A DNA stretch of 64,000 nt from Anolis carolinensis (lineage: Eukaryota): assembly GCF_035594765.1 (NCBI RefSeq), contig NC_085846.1, positions 11,457,190-11,521,189 on the forward strand, given 5' to 3'. The position numbers and the translations under genes were made by a program. Positions within the stretch are counted from its first letter, which is position 1. Each line of letters begins with the position of its first letter. The notes below the pieces were generated by a model. The model worked only from the letters and a program-made list of their open reading frames with translations, did not search any database and was not told the DNA's origin. Positions 35,131-47,439 of the stretch are shown here, piece after piece.

Positions 35131-37086
35131 ATTTAAAGCAATAAAAATGGTAATATTTTTCTCACAAATGCAGATGAATGAATAATAATAATGAACTTCA
35201 TTGAAATGCATGACTTTTAGACAAAGCTATCATGGAGAAGACTTATACATAAGAATATAATGTAATATTTTTAATTCAATTCAAAGATTCAACAGATCCT
35301 CCAGTCTCCTGATGTCTTCTGTAACTCTGAAGATCCCACAAAATGTTATGGAAAAACACATTTCCTGTGATGAATGCCAGTGTTTTCCAGTCATGACATT
35401 TCCTCAGAGATGTGTGGCTCAACAGCTAGGCTTACAAAGAAAGCTTATGTTTATTTTGTGATGTTCAGTCACAAAGCTGATCATAGATAAAAGCAATTAT
35501 GGACATGCGGGAAGCCGTGTGCTATGTCAGATAGATATCTCTCACTGCTTGAAAAACAATCGCTTCAAGACCAGTGCTATGCAGTTTATCTAGTTTGAAC
35601 CTCTTTCAGTCCAGGAAGGTTAAACATATGCAAATGTTGGTGCCTCAAATACTGTGACATAGCCAGGTGGGGTGCTTTATTGGGATGTTTCCAGAATAGA
35701 AACGGAGGGAAAGGTTGAATTTCATACAGGTGTATGTGGAGGCATAGGTCCCTTCTCATTCTTTCTGGTTGCATAAAGAGAGATATATCTAGGCAAGATC
35801 TCAGTAGTTTTCACATTTTTGAGCAGAGCTTTTCACTTTGAGACATTCTGAAAAATTTCAGTGTTTTCTGCTGAGATCCTGCATCAAATGCATTACTACC
35901 ATCAGTGCAGGAAAAGGGGGAGAAATTGGGCCCATGTGGCCACTGTGACCATTTCTTGCTGATTATATGGATGCCTTGGTTGATATAAGTACCAAGATTC
36001 CACCATGGTAAATAACTACCATGGAGCTCTGTCATCATGTGGCAGTTGTGATAGTGGCAGGTGATGGTCCAGCAGGGCCAAAGTGATCTTGACCTGACTG
36101 GACACCATGCTGCCACCACCAAGGGTTGGGAATAGATTGTGTGGCCATTTCTGGGGCCAGTCCAGAGCAGTAATGTGGTCAGTCTAGATGAACCCCAAGT
36201 GTGGTTTGTGTGTTGTTTGCTGGTGGGAGAGGCCTGGTCCCATTATCCTGCAGCAACCACATGTCAACAGCAAAGACTTCTGCCACTCTGACTGGTTAAC
36301 TAGCTTCTAAGATGGATTGCTGGGGCATTCATGACAATAAGGCCACAATGAAAGATGGGAATACAAAGTGGTTCCAATGTTCAATTTAGGACATCATAAC
36401 CAACTAACAAGATGCCAGGCATTTGATTTTTGAGTTTTAAAAGTGTAGACGCAGTGGTTTATTCATTGGTTTGCAAAATATACCGTACTTTCAGAGCACT
36501 GTATCCAAAACTAATACTGAAAAAGGCTGCAAATGCAAAATATCTGAAACATCTCATGGAACTTGGCAGTTTGTTTGGAGGGAGAACTGGTACCACTTTA
36601 AAGAAAGCTGTTCTCATTGGCCTCACGTGACACCTTCTCCTATTTATAAGACCCAGTCAAAGGTCCCTCAGACCGACCTTTGCTTTTAGGCCATCATATA
36701 TGGAGAGAGATGTGTTCCTTCATTTTGAGGAGACCTGGGCTGTTTAGGGCTGAAATTGTCATTGTTAGCAATCTAAATCCAGCCCAGAGCTGTAGTGGCA
36801 ACCAAAAAAAATCCTCCAAACCTAAAGTCTTAAGGTAATAATATATGGTTGACACTGCACTTTGTGAAATGGCCTTTTCATTGTAAGGCATGATCCTGGC
36901 AACATAAGGCTTAGTATTTGGGGAAATAGATGAACCCTCCACCAGGAGAATTATAGCATACTGAGCAAACTAAAAAATACAACACAGAAAAGGTATAGGT
37001 GAAAGCTCAGGTTTCAGTGGTGGCGGCCAGGAATGCATTTACACGGTTAAAGTTTGTGCACCAGTGATGCTCCTTTCCATTTCCTA

Positions 37087-37355
37087 GGAGCCTCCAATGG
37101 CCTAGGGGAAAAAAGCCTCGTGACTTGAAGGTTGGGTTGCTGGACCTGAAAGCTGCCAGGTTCAAATCCCACCTGGGGAAGTGCGGATGAGCTCCCTCTG
37201 TTAGTTCCAGCTCCATGCGGGGACATGAGAGAAGCCTCCCACAAGGATGGTAAAAACATCAAAACATCCGGGCGTCCCTTGGGTAACGTCCTTGCAGACG
37301 GCCAATTCTCTCACTTCAGAAGCAACTCTGGTTGCTCCTGACACGAAAAAAAAAA
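37087..37355 (+). mobile_element. tRNA-derived SINE (family of 1092)
   Basis: ggagcctcc head, B box, ctgacacg-A12 tail and TSD ttcct. Confidence 0.8.
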
Positions 37356-38010
37356 ATTCCTGGCTAACGCTGCCCTCTGGTTTGGGAACACCATTTGCAG
37401 AGATGGCAAGAATGGAGATACTTAAGTTGCTTTTTGAAATGTGAACCAAGATTATTTCAGTGTGATCCTGTTCCTTTCCAGGCCTCTTTCTCTGCACTGG
37501 CTACAGGACACACACATCTCTTTCATTTCAACAGCTTCACTGGCTGCCCAGTCCATTTCCTGAACACAACTTAAAGTAGTGGCTTTGACCTATAAAGCCA
37601 CACAAGGCTCAAACCTAGATTATTTGGAGGTCCACGTTATCCCTTACAAACTGACCAAGGGAGGCCGTTGTCTCTGTCCCCTTACCCTCAGAGGTACATC
37701 TGTTGACCCCAGGTTCTGGAACATCCCTCCCAGAGATGCAATACTGGTATCTTCCCTTCACTCATTGTGCTTCAAGGGGCTTTGCAGGAAAGATTGTCTA
37801 GTTGGGACAAGCCTTGTATTATGTGCTGTCTTTTCCATGTCTTAGTTTTTGAATCTCTGTTGGAAACTACTTTGAGACCCAAACTTAGAAAAGGAAGATA
37901 AAGTAATAATAAGAGGGCAGTGGTTTACGTGAAATGTGTGGTAATGTGCGATAAATGAGGGGCATGGCATGCATTTCTAAAGCACATGGAGAAATATTCA
38001 TAACTGCTAT

Positions 38011-38353
38011 AAGAAACATTAACAACCTTAGGTATGCAGATGATACCACTCTGATGGCTGAAAGTGAGGAAGAGCTGAGGAGCCTTATCACCAAAGTGAA
38101 AGAAGAAAGTGCAAAAGCTGGGTTGCAGTTAAACATCAAGAAAACCAAGATCATGGCAACTACACCTATTGATAACTGGTAAATAGAAGGAGAAAACGTG
38201 GAGGCAGTGACAGATTTTATATTTCTAGGTACGAAGATCACTGCAGATGCAGACTGCAGCCAGGAAATCAGAAGTCGTTTACTTTTTGGGAGGAGAGCAA
38301 TGGCCAATCTTGATAAAATAGTGAAGAGCAGAGACATCACATTGGCAAGGTCC
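38011..38353 (+). mobile_element. Internal RT fragment of a BovB/RTE LINE
   Basis: NINNLRYADDTTLMAESEEELRSL...GLQLNIKKTKIM...FIFLG...DCSQEI. Absent from the paralogous promoter copies and flanked by gctat. Confidence 0.85.
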
Positions 38354-38600
38354 GCTATTGCACTGATCAATTGCAAGCATGTTGTATGCTTCATCTTTGT
38401 GAGTTCATATCTATAGACTGAGAAACAGGAGAGCATCTGCAAGTTGACGGAACAGGGACCATTTGTGAGAATTCAGAATGTAATGGCAAATAGATGTAAA
38501 TCAAGATTTACATAGCTTGATTTCAGGTGTTTGGAATTTCACGTAGGACGCCATAATAATTTGTTAATCAGATAATAGGATGACACCCTGCTTGGCTTTC

Positions 38601-38698
38601 TATATATAAAGCAACTGCGGCCAGAGGCTTCTCAGAGAGATCCAAAGACGTTTGGATCCATCCTTCGGGAGACAATTTCAAAATTATACCAGGTAAGA
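38601..38698 (+). promoter_or_regulatory. Orphan duplicated TATA box, exon 1 and donor (gene 4 type) with no coding exon of its own
   Basis: TATATATAAA at 38601 and CCAG|GTAAGA at 38693. Region 37720-39190 aligns to 46230-47540 and 51035-52060. No RNase coding sequence was seen between 39.2 kb and 46 kb. Confidence 0.72.
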
Positions 38699-39420
38699 GC
38701 AATATGTTGCTATGCTTTTGTGGGAACTAACTCCAGTGTTCAATAAGTCATCAGAACAACTTTGTTTGAGAAATCTCTGGAGAATTTTTAGTCTAGGAGG
38801 AGAGATAAATCTGTGAGTTCTAGATACACAAGTTCATCATCCCTGTTGTTGGACAATATGTTCCACCATGATTGTCTGTATGGTTGATTTTGCCTAATGA
38901 GGATCAATAACTTCTAGAGGCCTAAGGGTTTATCACTTTCTAGCTCCCTCTGAGTATGTATAAATGTACTTTCTTACAACCTAACAACTGTTTACAATAT
39001 TTTACTGCTACATGCAAAACAGGACATATTCTATACCAATACTGGAATCCAGACTTTAATAATCTACAGTAGAGCTTTCCAGATATTTCAGGTTGGTGAC
39101 TCACTTTTTAGATATGATTCATTTCGCCACACATTAAATCAGTTTCACTACCAAACCGGAGGTTTAAACAATCCCTTATAAGCAGACATAAGGAAATCCA
39201 TATGGACACAACATATCTCATGAAAACCTTTCATTTATATATTTTAAAATAAATGTTTTGTAAGAAATAACATCTATTTCCATATTTTTGAAATTTCTTG
39301 CTAAATTTGTGCAATACACCTGTGAACTGCAGCCGGCACACTCATGTGTAGTGACACACAGTTTTGAAAGCTCTGGTCTAACCCTTCTCCCCACAAAACT
39401 CTACGAACCTTGCTCATTTC

Positions 39421-39986
39421 ATAGAATCATAGAATCATAGAATAGTAGAGTTGGAAGAGACCACATGGGCCATCCAGTCCAACCCCCTGCTAAGAAGCAG
39501 GAAATCGCATTCAAAGCCATCCAGCCTCTGCTTAAAAGCCTCCAAAGAAGGAGCCTCCACCACGGCCCCGGGGAGAGAGTTCCACTGTCGAACAGCTCTC
39601 ACAGTGAGGAAGTTCTTCCTGATGTTCAGGTGGAATCTCCTTTCCTGTAGTTTGAAGCCATTGTTCCGTGTCCTAGTCTGCAGGGCAGCAGAAAACAAGC
39701 TTGCTCCCTCCTCCCTATGACTTCCCCTCACGTATTTGTACATGGCTATCATGTCTCCTCTCAGCCTTCTCTTCTGCAGGCTAAACATGCCCAGCTCTTT
39801 AAGCCTCTCCTCATAGGGCTTGTTCTCCAGACCCTTAATCATTTTAGTCGCCCTCCTCTGGACACTTTCCAGCTTGTCAACATCTCCCTTCATCTCCAGT
39901 GCCCAAAATTGGACACAGTAGTCCAGGTGTGGTCTGACCAAGGCAGAATAGAGGGGGAGCAGGACTTCCCTGGATCTAGACGCTAT
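39421..39986 (-). mobile_element. CR1 LINE, 5'-truncated, young
   Basis: Open CR1 ORF2 C-terminus ([34 protein letters not shown]) and an (ATTCTATG)n tail. Confidence 0.9.
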
Positions 39987-41460
39987 CAATAGGTGAAAAT
40001 ATCAGAGCTGCTCAGCACCTTCTTTGCCTCTGTCTTCTCCCAAAAGCGGATTAGTCATCAACCTGAGCAATACGGAGTGGACAAGGTAATAGGTGAAATG
40101 CAACCCAAAATAGGTAAAGAAGTAGTCCTAGAACACCTGGCATTTCGAAATGAATTCAAGTCTCCAGGGCAAGATGAACTACATCCAAGAGTATAGCAGA
40201 AGTCATTTCAGAACCACTGGCAATAATCTTTGAGAATTCCTGGAGAACAGGAGAAGTCTCAGCAAACTGGAAGAGGGCAAACGTTGTCTCTATCTGCAAG
40301 AAGGGGGAAAAGAAGACCCAAGCCATTACCGTCCAATTAGCTTGACATCAATACCAGAAAGATTTCAGCAAGACCTTTGACAAAGTCCCCCATGCCCTTC
40401 TTGCAAGCAAACTAGTCAAAGGTGGGCTAGATAGGCAATGCTACTCTTAGTTGCATCTGTAATTGGTTAAGCATGCTCACCAATGGTTCCTCTCCATCCT
40501 GGAAAGAAGAGACTAGTGGAGTGCTGCAGGATTCTGTCCTGGGCCCAGTGCGGTCAAATATCTTTATTAATGACTTGGATGAAGGTTTAGAGGGTGTGCT
40601 TATCAAGTTTGCAGATGACATCAAATTAGGAAGGATAGCTAATACTCCAGATGACAGGATCAGAATTCAAAATGACTTCAGCAGTTTAGAGAGCAGAGCC
40701 AAAAATAACAAAATGAATTTCAAGAAGTATAAATGGAAAATACTACACTGAGGCAGAAAAAAATGAAATGCAAAAATACAGTATGGGTGATGCCTGGCTC
40801 GACAATAGTCTATGTGAAAAAGTTCTTGGAGTCTCGTGGACAACATGAGCATACAGTGTGATGCAGCAGCTAAAAAAGCCAATGGGATTTTGGGCTTCAT
40901 CAAAAAGAGTATAGTGTCTAGATCAAGGGAAATCATGGTGCCTATGTATTCCACTTTGGTTAGACCTCACCAATTCTGGGCACTACAGTTCAATATTGAC
41001 AAGCTGGAGGGTGTCCAGAGAAGGGCAACTGAAATGATCAAAGGTTGGAGGACAAGCCCTATGAGGAATGTCTTTAAGAATTGGGTATGTTTAGCCTGCA
41101 GAAGAGAAGGTTGAGAGGAGACATGATAGCCATGTATAAATATGTGAAAGGATGCCATAAGGAAGAGGGAGCAGGCTTGTTTTCTGCTGCCCTGAAAACT
41201 AGGACTCGGAGCAATGGGTTCAAATTACAGGAAAGGAGATTCCACCTAAACATTAGGAAGAACTTCATGACCATATGAGTTGTTCAACAGTGGAACTCTT
41301 TGCCTCTGAGTGTGGTGGAAGCGCCTTCCTTGAAAGCTTTTAAACAGAGGCTGGATGGCCATCTGTCCGGGGTACTTTGATTGTGTGTTTCCTGCATGGC
41401 AGGGCATAGGACTGGATGGCTCATGTGGTCTCTTCCAACTCTATTATTCCATATTCTATG
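39987..41460 (+). mobile_element. CR1 LINE, 5'-truncated, degenerate
   Basis: Fragmented ORF2 (FFASVF, KSPGQDELHPRV, FINDLD, KFADD, VQRRAT) with stops and frameshifts. attctatg tail. Confidence 0.88.
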
Positions 41461-43048
41461 AAATGCTTGTTACCCAAAAGTTATTCTGCAATGGGCTTTC
41501 GATAGCTGGGGCACATGTGAAAGTATTGGCATATAACAAGTCATGATGTCTACCCTCCATAATATTTCTACAGGAGGCATAATAATTCCTGAGCTGAGAC
41601 ATTCTCCACCACCATCCAAGCAAGGACCCAAATTAGGCAAAAAGAAAAAGTTTCTGTTATAATCATCATTTGCCATATCCTTCTGTGTTCATCTTCTTAA
41701 AGAACAAGAGACTAAAAGTGAACAAGAAAAAAAAAAAGATGGAAGGGACAACGTCAAATCCACTTGGAATCATTTCCTGGAAGACAGTAGGATGTAGGCA
41801 TGTGCAATTGATTTAAAAATGTTTCAAAAGCCATTTCAAAACTGGGGCATTTCATTTCTAAACTGTTTATAAAATATCATTAGTGAAACTGTTGTTACTA
41901 TAACGAGAGTAGTAAAATATCATTACTTTTTTTGTTATAGTAAATTGCCAAGTGGGGAAATTTCAGGGGCTCTTTTCTTGTTTTTTAACAGTTATTAGGG
42001 TGAAACTTACTACATTGGTAGAACACATTTACCACTGTTAGCCCACTAAATTTCAGAATGTTTCACTTATGCACGGATTTTTGGAGAATTTTCAAGTTTT
42101 TATTAAAAAAATATTTAAAAAAACTACAAGAGCTATCTCCTTGACTTTTCTATACAATGACACAAGATAACAAGGGATCATTCCCCCAACTTTCAGAAAA
42201 ATTCATACATCTACTGATTTTGAAACAATTCTACATTTTCATAGAATCCTAGAGTTTGAGGGTACCCCCAAGGGCCATCTAGCCCAACCCCCTTCTTCCA
42301 GGCAGAAAGAAACGATCAAAACTCTCCTGGCAGATGGCCATCCAGCCTCTGAACTAAGTAATATGCTTCCCCTATTGAGTTGGAGGTGACCTCCAAGGGC
42401 CATCCATTTAGGGATTTCTTCCCAGCTCAGCACAGAGATTTACTTACTACAAGTATCACTCAGTCCTCATCTTTGCAGATTCAACAGTTTATTGGAACTC
42501 TGGCTGGCTGCTGCTACGGAGGGACAAATGTCTCCCCTATTCTGATTGGGGCTTTCTGTGCGAGCAGAATTCTGGAGAATGTAGTTTAGGGCAGGGCCTT
42601 TTGAATTCTCTGGCATAGGGCTCCTCACCTTCCCAAACTACACTTCCCAGAGTTCCGTGCTTTCTCAGTCTTTTTCCCAGTGAACTCTGCTCCCTGCTTC
42701 CCCTCCCCTAATGGCAAAAGGCCATTAAGTTAAGGAGGGATGAGAGCCTTTCTGGCTGCTTGCCATGAAAATAAAACTGACTTTGGAAGGCTTCCAAGCA
42801 TTACATAATTAAAATGAAAAAAGGATTGGGTAAGTTTTGATTCTTAAGTTTTCGGCATAAGCCATGCCAATGTGTCAGATATCACTTCGGAAGTACAGAT
42901 TTAACCAATTTTAATATGACTTACAGAACTTCAGAAAAGTTTGCACAAGCCTAGTGGAATGCTATCCCTTTTATTTTTAGTAGCTATTAAACAGTTTGGT
43001 TCAACTGTCTTTCTAATTTTTCACCTCCTCAATAATGTCAAACATGTA

Positions 43049-43799
43049 CGAGGGTTGAATGAAAAGTGATGCCTCCACCTTCGTAACTCCTCAACAGATG
43101 GCAGTACTGGTATGCGGCAGGTACTGGCTCGTTCAGTACACTCTCCTCTACAGTTCCATTTGGTGGGAAGCCTTAGCATTGAACGGTTGTGTTGTTAAAG
43201 TGTGAAGTATGGAACCCTGTGCAGAGGGTTGGTCAATGCGACTTAAGCAACTTGCAGTCATTGAATTCTTGACAGCAGAAGGTGTCACCCCAAAGGAGAT
43301 TCATCAGAGAATGCAAGTTGTTTATGGTGATTGCATTGATGTGAGTCGTTGGGTGAGTAAGTTTAAAGATGACTTGCGTGACAAACAAAGAGTTGGACGC
43401 CCTGTGACAGGAACCACGGAGTTTCACAAGCAAAAGGTTGACAGATTGATTCAGGACGATCGTCGTATCACTCAGAGAGAAATTTCAAGCATAACTGGCA
43501 TTTCACAACAACGTGTAGGTCACATTATTGCTTTGCTTGGCTATTGGAAGATCTGTGCACGATGGGTACTGTGAGATGCTGGTTGCTGAAACAGAGTGTC
43601 GACTTCTTCTGTGACGGCTTCAGAAAACTTGTTCATCGTTGGCAGAAATGTATCCAATTGTCTGGTGATTATGTGGAAAAGTGAATAATGGTAGTTAAAG
43701 AGCACATTCGAAGGATTATTTCTGTGTTTGATTTATTAAAATATTCCCACCCAAACCCAAGTAACCAAGGTGAAGGCATTACTTTTCATTCAACCCTCG
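43049..43799 (+). mobile_element. Internally deleted mariner transposon
   Basis: Long TIRs CGAGGGTTGAATGAAAAGT / ACTTTTCATTCAACCCTCG with TA TSD. ORF 43209-43574 encodes the N-terminal HTH, GRP and KICARWV motifs. The catalytic core is deleted. Confidence 0.9.
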
Positions 43800-43989
43800 T
43801 ACATTCTTTACCGCTAGTAGTCTAATATACTATCTGGTTACGGAGATGGATCATGGAATTGAAACTTTTCAATCAGTAGTTATGGAATATTGAACAGTAG
43901 GTGCAAGTAAACTTTCCCAAGGTAATGCAGTGTAAGCATTATCATGTACACTGGAACTCAATCGACAGACCCAGTTTTTTGAACTGAAC

Positions 43990-44168
43990 ACGCCTACCTG
44001 TATTTTATAATGTGTTTTATGAATACTGATGTAAGTTAATAATATTTTTAACTGATTTATATTGCACTGTATAATTTTTATATTTGTGTTTTATTGTAAG
44101 CCGCCCTGAGTCCCCTGTTGGGTGAGAAGGGCGGGATATAAATATTGCAATAAATAAATAAATAATAA
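43990..44168 (+). mobile_element. L2 3' terminal fragment
   Basis: tgtaagccgccctgagtcccc...gggcgggatataaat plus (AAAT)n, the same tail as the L2 at 23230-23283. Confidence 0.7.
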
Positions 44169-44264
44169 GCTTATCATGTTTCTGGCTTATTTTTAGAGAG
44201 CTCTCAATAGTTTATCCCCCATTCTCTTTCTCCCAATCTTGCACACCAGGGCAAAAGCACTGCC

Positions 44265-45143
44265 TGTCAAGACCCAGGCTGCAGAGCACCAATAACCATG
44301 CGCAGAGGCCAGAATCTATCTAATATCTTTATTAAAGGAATATATAAAGTCAATAAAAACAAGTGAAGAATATAGTTCAGAAGTAGACCTTTCAGGAAAG
44401 GTCAAATATAGTCCAGAAAAACAATGTCCAATATGTGATATTAGAGTCCAAAGTTATAATCCAATAACCGAAACACACACTTTGCCAAGCAAAGTGTGGG
44501 GAAATGACAGGGTCCTTTAGTCCAATGGAGCTTGACAACAAGGCTGGAAGCAAACTAGATTCTTGGCAAACAAGGCTTGATACGTGGCAACAAGAGGCAA
44601 GAAGCAAGAACGAGGTCCGTGGCAAGATCCGGGGGCAAGGCAGGCTTGGAACTAGAACAAGGTCCGTGGCAAGGTCCGGGGAACAGGGAAACTGGAGTAG
44701 CGTAGTCCACACACGATCTCACTCCCGAAGCTGACGAATTGACTCCGCAAGGATTTCCTTGCGGGTAAACACCTATATAGGATCTTGTTTTCCCGCCAAG
44801 GAACACTTTCCCTGGGGAACAAGAAACGAAACCCATACTGTGTCCAGATGCATGACTCCTTAAGATTTCCCAAGGGAAACAGGCTTAATCAGCTAATTGT
44901 CTGGCAGCAATCCTGGCACTTCTGCGATTCGCCTCCCTAGCGCCTCTATCTCGATTATAATTATCCCGGCGAGAAAATGGGGGAGATTTCTGCTCAAGGC
45001 TTGTTTGGCTGACTTCTTGTGGGCAAACATCTTGCAGGTGCAGGGGCTCCAATTCTGGCTGAAACGGTGGGAAACCCAAGTTTTCCTCCTCATCCGCCAC
45101 AATAGTACTAGGAACGGGACCACATGGCCCATGAGTCATCACA
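44265..45143 (-). mobile_element. Solo LTR (879 bp), probably Gypsy-type
   Basis: TG...CA termini and 5-bp TSD ctgcc (44260-44264 / 45144-45148). Minus-strand TATA (about 44775) and AATAAA (about 44330). Internal aggtccgtggc repeats. Confidence 0.82.
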
Positions 45144-46716
45144 CTGCCTAACACATATGAAATCATCAACAAACAGGATTTTATATTCATAATCATTCAA
45201 TTTCTCTCCCTAAATACATTTAGAAGGCCATGATAAGGGTCAGACACCGGTTGCATTATGGTTTCCATATTTCTAAACATTTGGTTTATTCTGATAGGAA
45301 ATGGCGTCTAACTGCATCTGATCCACCTTAATTCCCCTACCATTGCAGTTGGAATGATAACCCTTCCCCATAAGAGAATAGATTCACATCCTTATAGATG
45401 TGAATGGGAATGCTCTGATAGTAGATTTGTTTCTTGATTTTTGGATTATTCGCTTTAACATGGATGACAATATTTCTAAAATGCGTTGGGTATACACATC
45501 AAAACTGCATACATTCAAAATAGAACAGCAGCCCCACCAAAATGGAGGCAAACATCAGATGTTTTTTCCCTGTAGACAATTGGTTGTAAACAGCCATGTG
45601 TGTCATGAATGGGAAATAATCATACAGACAGAGAAAACTGTGGAATCTTCATTTGGTTGGCAATGAACTGGTAGAAAAAGGAGACCATATACGATCATTT
45701 CAACCCGTCATAGAAGTTTCCAAACTATTTCCAAATTATAACTCAGACAAAATGTACGAGATCAGTACAATCTGAATAACTGTTTCAAGGTTATTTCCAT
45801 CCAGGTAAGACTGCACCTGTTATAAATTTTAAAAAGCTGAGTCTAAGGCCACCATTGGCTCATAGAATTATATAGTTGGAAGAGGACATGTGGGTCATCC
45901 AGTCCAACAATTTTCCAAGATTCATGTATGGAACCAAAAGACTTCTTTGGCTTGTATATCTCTTTTGGGATTGTTTAGCTGCTAAGTTAGGTAATGTTGC
46001 ATTTTGTTGTTGTTGCCATCACTATTGTGTGACTTTAAATTATTTACAACTATGGTGTGTGACTTGCCCAGGGTCACTAAGGACCTCATCAGACGGGGTT
46101 TGGGAAGCTTCCTAGGGCGCTTTCCCACCAGTCCAGTGACAGATGGGCATGTTCCCCACCCCTCGACATCACTGGACTTCTGGCAGAGCCTCGCTCACAA
46201 CTGGAGTGGAAGCGTAATACAACTCTTTGCCCCCAACACAGGAGATGCAAGATTTGTATCTTCCCTACACTCTTTCCAGAAACAGCTGAAGACCATTTTT
46301 GCTTCAATGGGCTTTGCAGGACTGATTGTTTAGTTGGGACAAGCCTTGTACAAATTGTCATTTCTGTGTCTTATTTTTCGTATGTTTTTTAATGGTTTAG
46401 ATTTTTAATCCCTGTTGGAAGCCACTTTGACTCCCAAACTTGGAAAAGGAAGAGAAAGTAATAATAGGACAGTGGTTTGTGTGAAATGTGTGGTAATATG
46501 CGATAAATGAGGGGCATGGCATGCATTTCTAAAGCACATGAAAAAATATTCAACTATAAGACTGATCAATGGTAAGCGTGTTGTAAGCTTCACCTTTACG
46601 AGTTCATCTCTATAGATTGAGAAACAGGAGTTGAAGGAACTGGGACCATTTCTGGGAACTCAGAATGTAATGGTAAAATAGATTGACCAATTTAAATAGC
46701 TTCATTTCAGGTGTTT

Positions 46717-46881
46717 GGAATTTCCCGTAGGATCCCAGAACAATTTGTTCATTACATAATAAGGTGACACCTTTCTTGGCTTTCTATATATAAAGCAACC
46801 ATGGCTAGTGACTGCTCAGAGAGATCCACAGACATTTGGATCAACCTTTGGGAGACAACCCCAACATTATACCAGGTAAGA
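46717..46881 (+). promoter_or_regulatory. Promoter (kappa-B-like site, TATA), non-coding exon 1 and donor of gene 4
   Basis: GGAATTTCCC at 46717-46726, TATATATAAA at 46785-46794 and CCAG|GTAAGA at 46876. Confidence 0.72.
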
Positions 46882-47145
46882 ACAATATGTTGTTATGCTT
46901 TTGTTATGCGAATCTCCAGCATTCAAGTCAAGATACACAGGTTCATCGTTCCTGTTGTTGGACAATATCTTCCACCATCCTTGTCTGTAGTTATGGTTGA
47001 TTTTGCCTGATAGGGATCGGCAACTTCTAGAGGCCTAAGGGTTTATCACTTTCTAGTATGTATGAATGTACTTTCTTGCAACCTAACAACTGTATACAAT
47101 ATTTCACTGCTTCATGCAAAACTGGAAATATTCTATACCAGTACT

Positions 47146-47439
47146 CAGACATGTAGCCGGGGGGTGAGGGGGTGGGGGTGGCTTGAGGTGCTTCAGCCCC
47201 CCCCCCCCCCCGAAATTCTCAGGGTGGTTCACGAGAAGGCCTTACATTTATTATTTAAACTGTTATGTTTATTCATAACATGATCTGATCACCATGATCA
47301 ATATATCCCATATGCATGGGGGTATTGGGATAACAATACAAAAGGTTTGCTAGGATAGACCCTCTCCCGCTCAGACTCAGCCCCTCCCCCGAACCAAAAT
47401 CCCAGCCCCTCCTGAAACAAAATCCTGGCTACGGGCCTG
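47146..47439. mobile_element. hAT non-autonomous element in the gene 4 intron
   Basis: TIR CAGACATGTAGCC / GGCTACGGGCCTG and 8-bp TSD ccagtact. Absent from the paralogous introns. A related fragment starts near 30640. Confidence 0.85.

Noticed and set aside
39421-41460. Twin-priming (5' inversion) of one CR1
   Set aside because: Both arms contain the same 3' terminal region and differ in decay, so they are two separate insertions.
46130-46180. Isolated hairpins (agtccagtga/tcactggact at about 46130-46180; gcagaggggaa/ttcccctctgc at about 23059-23089) as ncRNA or miRNA
   Set aside because: Stems of only 10-11 bp with no recognisable ncRNA boxes. Such stems are expected occasionally by chance or from decayed MITEs.
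46801-46875. Coding first exon (MASDCSER...) for gene 4
   Set aside because: The ATG lies only 6 nt after the TATA box, upstream of the expected start site. It is absent in paralogous exon 1 copies and out of frame with the conserved acceptor.
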